Part shown: piece by piece, positions 53,621-64,000 of the stretch
Position numbering within the stretch: the first letter of the stretch is position 1
Layout of the letters: each line of letters opens with the position of its first letter
From: Chrysomallon squamiferum
Taxonomy: Eukaryota; Animalia; Mollusca
DNA length: 64,000 nt
Assembly (NCBI GenBank): GCA_012295275.1
Contig: CM022677.1
Location: 14,136,001-14,200,000, forward strand
Direction of reading: 5' to 3'
Translations under genes and position numbers: made by a program
Notes under the pieces: generated by a model
What the model was told of the DNA's origin: nothing
Database searches by the model: none
The model's input: only the letters and a program-made list of their open reading frames with translations

Positions 53621-53670
53621 GAAAACGTGAGAAGAATGGTGAAAACTGAGATACACTTTACCTGAACAAG
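52420..53670 (+). repeat. Older, shuffled partial copy of sequences from 14360-14600 and 19920-22290
   Basis: Blocks match 19924-20002, 14360-14602, 20030-20420, 21390-21535 and 22260-22290. Confidence 0.8.
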
Positions 53671-55959
53671 AAAACTTTGTGACATACTATATCATCGCTG
53701 CTTTATTATCAATGTTTTCTACAATGTTTTATAACAAAAGTACTGAAGCTGTAAATACAGCGACCCCTGTGCATATCTCTAAAATCTGAGAGATAGACAG
53801 GTAGACAGACGGACAGACAGAGAGAGAGAGAGAAATAAAAAAGCCAAAACTGAACTGAGTAATTAATGTGACCAATAAAAGAAAAGATGTGAAAAGCGAG
53901 GTTAATGTGATATTATATTATAACGCTTATACAAACATTTTCTTACAAGTTCATTTGCCTATCAAATATTACTTAACTTCATATGTAAACACCATCTCAG
54001 TTATATCAACTTAACAACATATCCTCTAAGGCAAACAGGTATACCAAAATCTTTCTTTTCTCTCTGTGTGTATATGTGTGTGTGAGTGCGTGTGTGCGTG
54101 CGTGCGTGTGTGTGTGTGTGTGTCTATCTGTTGATAATTGTTTCTTTATAATGACAAGTCAATATCTGACATAACGACGTTAATGATAAAAACAACAATA
54201 ATTGCAATAATACTACTTAAAATGATTTAAAAAAATTAATAATAATAAAGAAAAAATACTCAAACAAGGGAAAAAGAAAAGATTAAGAAAGGAAATAAAA
54301 TGTTATTTCAGGGATATATTTATTATAAAGAAACAGTTACATTAAACAGAAACAAAAATAATAATATGTAGGTTTAAATAAAATCATTTTAGTGAAGTTA
54401 GTAAATTCAGTGAATGAAACACATTCAGGAGGCTTAAGATGCCACTAGTAATCGTTCGTGTGTGTGTGTGTTTGTGTGTCAGAGAGAGAGTGTGTGTGTG
54501 TGTGTGTGTGTTTTGTTCGACACTCAGTCTTTTTTGTATATTTACCAAAATAGTGTTAAATAGAGTTCTTTCCCTTAGACCGGGAACTGCTGAAATAGAT
54601 TATTCCTCGCATATGTGAGGTGACGGTAAATTAGAGTTGCTGCTTTAAGATGAAAAGAACTAATTCTGTATAATGTTTTGTAGCAGACAGAACCAGCTTA
54701 TTAACATTCCCTGCGTTTTCTTTGTCTTTTAAATAACCAGTTTCCTATATTTTTTATTTATTTAATGTTATTATTATGTATTGAATTATTGTACAATGCC
54801 TATTTCATTTAATGTTTTTCATTCAGTTTTATTTAGTTTATTTATTTTGGTTGAAAAAGAAAGAAAGACGCGGGAGATCACGGCTTGGTAATATGAATAA
54901 CCATCCTTATCAGTTAAATCATAGAAGGTTCAGAAAAGAGACGTAAAATAATTGAATTTGGAAGTTTAAAAACTTCCGAGAGCTCACGGAAACTTCCGAT
55001 CGAAATGCAATATGGCAACATCGAACGCCGATCAGTGTTTATGTACTTTTAAACATGTAGTCCTTTATAATGCAGTCAATTCTATTTGGATTATGAAAAG
55101 TAATTTGTGGAAGTATGTCAAATAACCAATGCCTCTGATACATAGATGTCTACTACTGAGAAGTAATAAAGGTAGGAACATTTTTTTGTTGTTGTTTTAG
55201 TTTGTACCGTTGACGTAATGTACCATCTTGTATCGATTTCGTATTATGCATTTTTTCAGATATTATTAGACGTCACCAGCGGAAAAAAAAAAAAAAAAAA
55301 AAAATGTAATCAATAAATACAAAAAAAAAAAAAAATACAAAAAAAATAAATAAAGAAATAAAGAAAAGAAAAATATTAAAATAAAATTAAAAAATTAAGT
55401 TTAAATTGTTTGTTATTTATTATTAAAATCTATTACAATAAGAGACGGATGATGTTTATTTATAATAATTTCTTTCTAACATTACAGACAATTAAACACA
55501 ATGGAAAATAGTTATTATTTCTATTAAATTTTAACAGAAAAGACATGATTCTGGAATCAGCTTCAGTTACAAGAATATGGAGAAGACTATAATGATTACT
55601 TCAAACAGTTGAGATATCTACTGATATAAACTAATTATGGATTTTTCTTTCCAAAGCAGTTTCCAGACAGAGAAGATGTTGACACTATACGTCAGTGTTG
55701 ATTGATTGTTCTCCAATAGTTAACAGTGGATGATTCTTGATTATTATGAAATGAAACAAAAAACTTCCACTATAATGACTAAGGACACTGCAAAAGCTCT
55801 GTGCAGTTCTACACTACAAATTAGTGCAGAAGAAATGAAAAGATGTGGAGCAATGATATTCACAGATAGACCAGGCAGGTTCCAGATTAAAGTTGTTTTC
55901 ATAAAGAATATTAGCAAATTTAGAGCAGCTGTAAGTGATTTAAAGGAATGGAGAGATGA

Positions 55960-58900
<2,941 letters not shown>

Positions 58901-59920
58901 TATGTATGACAGAGATAAAGAGTATATGTAGCTTTCTGTCTATATTGTTCGTTTCCTGCTTAATAAGAACGTGTGTTGTTTTTGCCTCTGATCAGTAGAG
59001 AAATAAACTTGTTTTTTCCTTAAATATTTTAATGTTGTTGTTGTTTTTTATTACTGAAAGAAACAGATCCCTGTCAATACCTCCTCCACTCACACACACA
59101 CAAACCAGTGGAATTTGCACAGGACAATACTGATAGATGAAATTAACTGATATATATTTCAGTAAGGTTTGCAATGTTGATAAAAGGAGGTGATTATATT
59201 TTTTCTACATTGTCGTGTCCAAGTGCAGAGATTTGAGTTGTTTTATTTTATTAAATATTTTTCTAATTAACTGTTGGTTAATTCATTGTCAGTTGTTAGC
59301 CATCTATTTTCTGTCACTTCACTTAATATATAATAAAATCAATGCCATTTTATTCAAATAATTCCATATCAGTAATTTTATTTTTTCATTTAGAAACTCT
59401 TTTACTTACAGACACTGCCTGTGTGATTATCAGCTTGAAAGAGTCTGACATTTTATCTCATGTTGAGAATGTCGTCAGTAATACTAACAGAAACCATAGA
59501 AACAGATTCCAGTCAGAATATTTTTGTCAGCAGTTCCTACAGTTCCTAGATGTTTTGAGAAGAAAGCATGCAACATCAGCAGTGTAAAAAAAAAGTATGT
59601 TCTTTTCGAGTAATATTATTTATTCTTCTTTGAGAATAGAATATTTTACAGGAAATAAGAAAATTTAACACGTAAGATGAACTGAAATTTATTTTAACTG
59701 GATTAATAAGACACATAAAAACTTTCATAATGAAGATGTCATAATGCAGCTATAGGGTATTTATTTATTTATTTATTTCATATATTTCATGTGATCCTTT
59801 GCAGTTTTTGCCAGGGATCAGTAATAGAGTTTGTTTTAGAGATTTCCACCAGAACAGCTAAATGGGTTATCACTGCGTACATTTCATTGTTGTGTGTCAC
59901 ATTTCTGACACTGTCCACAC

Positions 59921-60090
59921 TTAGGTAGCTGCATCAAGAACCAGATTATTCTTGTTCTTTGGCTTGGAGGTCATGTCGAGATGTTTCGTCTTTGTCACAC
60001 AGTGTTGCAGTGCGGACTTTGAAATACTCAGAGTCTTTGCTGTATCTCGCATCGACTCATAACATCTTCAGACATTGTTCCAATGTGTCT
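59921..60090 (-). pseudogene. Relic pipsqueak-type HTH (pogo/Tigger-like transposase N-terminus)
   Basis: Minus strand DTLEQCLKM (frameshift) SMRDTAKTLSISKSALQHCVTK fits the psq pattern S.R.AAK...I.KS.L. Confidence 0.5.
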
Positions 60091-60271
60091 CTGTAAACAA
60101 AAACAGATTTTTAATCAGCAGCTCCTTTGCTTGAACTTTGAAATGATTTTAAATAATGACATTTACTGCTGTTTATACTTCTATACTGATTGATTAGTTT
60201 ATGTCGTGTTTATAAATCAGAAAGTACATGTACGAGATATTTATTTCCAGTTTTGTATTTCAATTTATTGT

Positions 60272-60311
<40 letters not shown>

Positions 60312-61395
60312 TTGTTTGATAATTAATACTAACTTAAAACTAAAACTGATATGATAATTATTTCATACTTTAGTTAACATCATAAAATTGCAAATGAAAA
60401 AAACAGCACTGGAAATCTGTGTAATTGTATAAATACTTTAATCCTAGGATTAAATTAATTTCCTATTTGAGAATCCATTTTCTCACTGGAATCTAGGACA
60501 ACATTTGCCAGATTAAACACTGTTTTAAAAATATTTTCATGTTATTACTGATTTTTTTTTTTTTTATTATTCTTAATATTTGAATTCTGTTTTTCAGCTG
60601 TAGTAACACAAAAGTCAGGCAACTGAAATTCTTGATTCTCTGGACTACCTATGAAATCCTGGTGATCTTCTCAAAGAGGTCATTCAAAATGGAAATATGA
60701 GTGGTTTAGAAAAATGTTGTCTTTCTAATTCTGCAGTATAGGTAGCTGTGATACCTTCCTCATTACCTCTCAATAGTTATATGTTGTTGTTTTGTTTGGG
60801 TTTTGGGGGTTTTTTTTATTCACAGTAGTCTTATTTCTTTTGGATGATGTGAAACTAATGTCGTAATCAAGACTCGTTTCTGAGTCCATGTGGCTTTGCA
60901 TCTGCTAACAAAACTGAAAAAAAAAAATGTAATCTGCATTTCTATTGAACAAGAACAGATAATATTTAATTCGGTGATAAGAAATGTTCACTTATTAATA
61001 ATCAAGGCAGACATCAAACAAAAAACGATACGGAACTCTCCGGTATGGAACTAGGCAAGTCTTAGATTGTAATGTTTATATCAGTTTTCATTTTCTTAAA
61101 CAATAGAAATTATACTAAATAAGATTTAAAAAAAATATATATGTAGTTTTGTTTATTAATTAATTATTTAATTTATTTATTATTAATAATACTGAACAGT
61201 CTATGCGTTTTTCATTATCAGTAGTAGAAAATATAAAAATATTGATTTTGTTTCACAAATGTGCTATAAGAAGCATGAAGAAGATGCATTTTCCACAGAA
61301 AACATGAAACATATAAAATAAACCCATATTTTATAATCAACAGTGAAACAGTAAATTAAGTAAAATATTCATTTTTCACAGTGACATATATTGAT

Positions 61396-61461
<66 letters not shown>

Positions 61462-62440
61462 TGTTTTTTATATTGTTCTTGCTTCTTTTTCAAAGTTTTT
61501 GGAAGCAGCACATTAAATTTCAGTTTTACTTTATAAAGAGCTCAGTGAATATTTAGACGTGAACATTAATGTATTTTTTTATTTTTCTATTTAAAAGGAA
61601 GAAGTGAGAAGACCTGAAATTAAGGAGATGTTTTATTATCTACACACAGATTGATACTGAAAAGAAGAGTGTAAAGGTTATACCAACTTTTATTGTAAAC
61701 AAATAGCCCAGTAGACATGAAGAAATATGGATTGGTTTCCAGGTAAGTGCCCTTTCTAAATAAATGTATTAGGGTAAATGAATACCAGATAATTAAATGT
61801 GAGAGGTACTTTAAAATGAAGCCTATTGTATATTGAAAATTTAAGTGATAAACATGTGGGTTTTTTAATTTTAATAATAAATTTTAAAAATATCCATTAA
61901 CAGATGCACAGATGGATAGAAAGGTAGGTTGATAGACATGTAGGTATGTGAGTAGATAGTTACTCAACAGGTTGATATATAGACACAAAGAGAGATGCAG
62001 AGTCTGGATAGTTAGATAAGTGGCAACCACATCTATATGGAAGAGCAGGTACATGTGTTTAATGTGCTAGAATGTGTATGAATGAGAGTGTGCTTGTGTT
62101 ATAAATGGACATACAGAAAGACAGAAGTTGTAAGATAGTTATGCAAGGAGGTAGCCAGGGAGATGGACAGGTGATTCACAGATGGTTATTTTTATGGATC
62201 AGAATGTGAGCAGATAGATAAAATAAAAATAGGAAAACTTATATATATGGTAACATAGAAATAGGTGATGTATATAGGTGTGTAAGTTGAGTATATGTTT
62301 TGTTACAGAGATAATGGGTATGTTGTGTGTATGTGAAGGGAAATTTGTTTGTGTCTGTGTGCCTGTGTGTGAAGGAAAATGTGCTTGTGAGTTTTTTGAA
62401 GAGTGGCTGTGAATTTAATGTATATATGTTACAGTCAATC

Positions 62441-63699
62441 TGTCAAACTAGTGATTTGCCCTAATGGTTGAAATGTTTAGGGTTTTGTCCTAATGAGTAA
62501 AACTTATAGGAATTAGTCCAAATGACTGAAATAGACCTTTAGTCATTAGGCAAAATCACTGAATGAAAAAGAATGATTTCCAATTCCATGAAAACATCTA
62601 TTTTGAAACAAATCACAAGTTGTGTTCTATTTATGACAGCAGTTCAAACTTGAGTAACATCTTGAATTGTTCTTGAACCATTTTGTTTGACAGCTTTTTT
62701 TCACTTCACAATTGCATTTCATAAACTCTGGTCCTCCTGCAGTGGACTCTGTTGACAGCCCTGCTCTAAGAGACATCATGAGACAATAGCAGTCTCTGGG
62801 GACACACATCAAACTGGATCCTGGCACTGGGCGGCAGCTGGTCAGGTTCCGAGTTGGGTGGTAACTGGGTAGCTTGGTTTTGGGTGGTAACTGGGTAGCT
62901 TGGTTTTGGGTGGTAACTGGTCAAGATTGGAGTTCAGTGGCAACTGGTCAGTCAAGGCAGCTGCTAAAGTGGATGGTTGCTTGGTGTAGCTCGAGTTCTT
63001 CCTGAATTGAAAAAACTTGATGCCTACACCCAGTTCCTTGTGGTCTTTGATGTAATAATAACAGTACCTCTAATCCCTACCATATAACTGGTCTTTGATG
63101 TAAAAATAACTCAACCACTAATCCCTACATTGAACTGATGTAAGAAAGCATTTGACTGTCGGTATTAAAATCATTGGTCTTTGATGTAAGTATAACACAA
63201 TAAAGCAACATATGCTCTGAAGAAGACTGTAAATAAGACTGGGAGATATAGGAATATTTAGAGAACAGAAAGAATATGTACAACAGTGGTGAAAATGAAG
63301 AGGTGATTGAAAATAACATAATTTGGGAAAATATTTATTTAAAGCATTTCAGTGTAGAAAAGATTTGATTTGTTAGACATAATTTATATTCTCCAAAGGT
63401 TTTGTTTTCTTTTTTTATCACTATTTGTAAATCTTTTTTTTTCTTTTTTTTTTGTTCTTCTTATTATTGACATTGTATATCAATAAGCTGTAAAGCTTAG
63501 AATAATAAAGAATTGAATTGAACCACTAATGATGTTGCAAAGCATTAAACCTGCTTGACTGATTGTCTAAATTACTATCAGGCAGAATGTCAAACAACAC
63601 CATGGAAAATCCAGTCATTTGGCCTAATTCCTGGACATTTTACTCATTAGGCCTAATTTCTGATGGTTTTGTGTGTTAGGCTAAATGACTAGTTTGATA
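62441..63699 (-). mobile_element. Internally deleted Ginger2/TDD-like (KRBA2/SCAND3-type integrase) DNA transposon relic
   Basis: ~90-bp imperfect TIRs (TGTCAAACTAGTGATTT...CCTAATGAGTAAAA...GGAATTAGTCCAAATGACTG vs CAGTCATTTGGCCTAATTCC...TTTTACTCATTAGG...AAATGACTAGTTTGATA); minus-strand NW(fs)VGIKFFQFRKNSSY and SLRAGLSTESTAGGPEFMKCNCEVKKSCQT..NSRCYSSLNCCHK*. Confidence 0.75.
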
Positions 63700-64000
63700 T
63701 ATTGTAATATCTATGCATGTGTAAGAATGTTTTATTCTATATGTTTCAGTTCTAGACATATATTTAAATGTGTTTATAGATAGAAAGACATACAGAAAAA
63801 TATATATGTAAGGTAGTTATATAACTAGTGAGATGCATTGATCGTACATGGATGGTTACTGATGGTTTTATAAGACTTATTTCAAACTGATAAAGTACAC
63901 AAATAAATTTTACATGAAAGTTGCGATATCCTTTGAACATGTTACTTTTACATTTCTTTGAGAAAGATGATCAAACCAAAATGCAACATCTTGAAATGGA

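Overview
AT-rich, microsatellite-dense animal genomic DNA (the gene and repeat content fits a lophotrochozoan, probably a mollusc; this is inference) with two 200-N scaffold gaps (6481-6680, 28132-28331). It is not prokaryotic, and most short ORFs in the track are repeat noise. Two intact genes are visible. (1) An intronless 621-aa secreted protein (2032-3897) with a CBM6/35-like N-terminal module and a compact CRE/E-box/TATA promoter. (2) A two-exon RING + coiled-coil + NHL-like TRIM-family gene (42751-43036 joined to 43412-44760, 544 aa) that appears to lack B-boxes. The ORF track misses a clean phase-1/1 thrombospondin type-1 (TSP1) exon at 8631-8783. About 13.4 kb (14687-28131) is repeated directly across the second gap (28332-41049); this is most simply an unpurged haplotype overlap. 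Transposon relics: MULE, a Buster-type hAT with a perfect 8-bp TSD, a solo LINE ORF1, a pogo/psq-like HTH, a Ginger2/KRBA2-like integrase element, and MITE-like palindromes. There is also an unusual array of ~60-bp cassettes separated by telomere-like CCCTAA tracts. I cannot demonstrate a new multi-gene system. The best novelty candidates are the 621-aa CBM-like secreted gene, the B-box-less TRIM-NHL gene, the cassette/telomeric array and the orphan TSP1 exon. All family assignments come from motif recognition by eye, not database searches.
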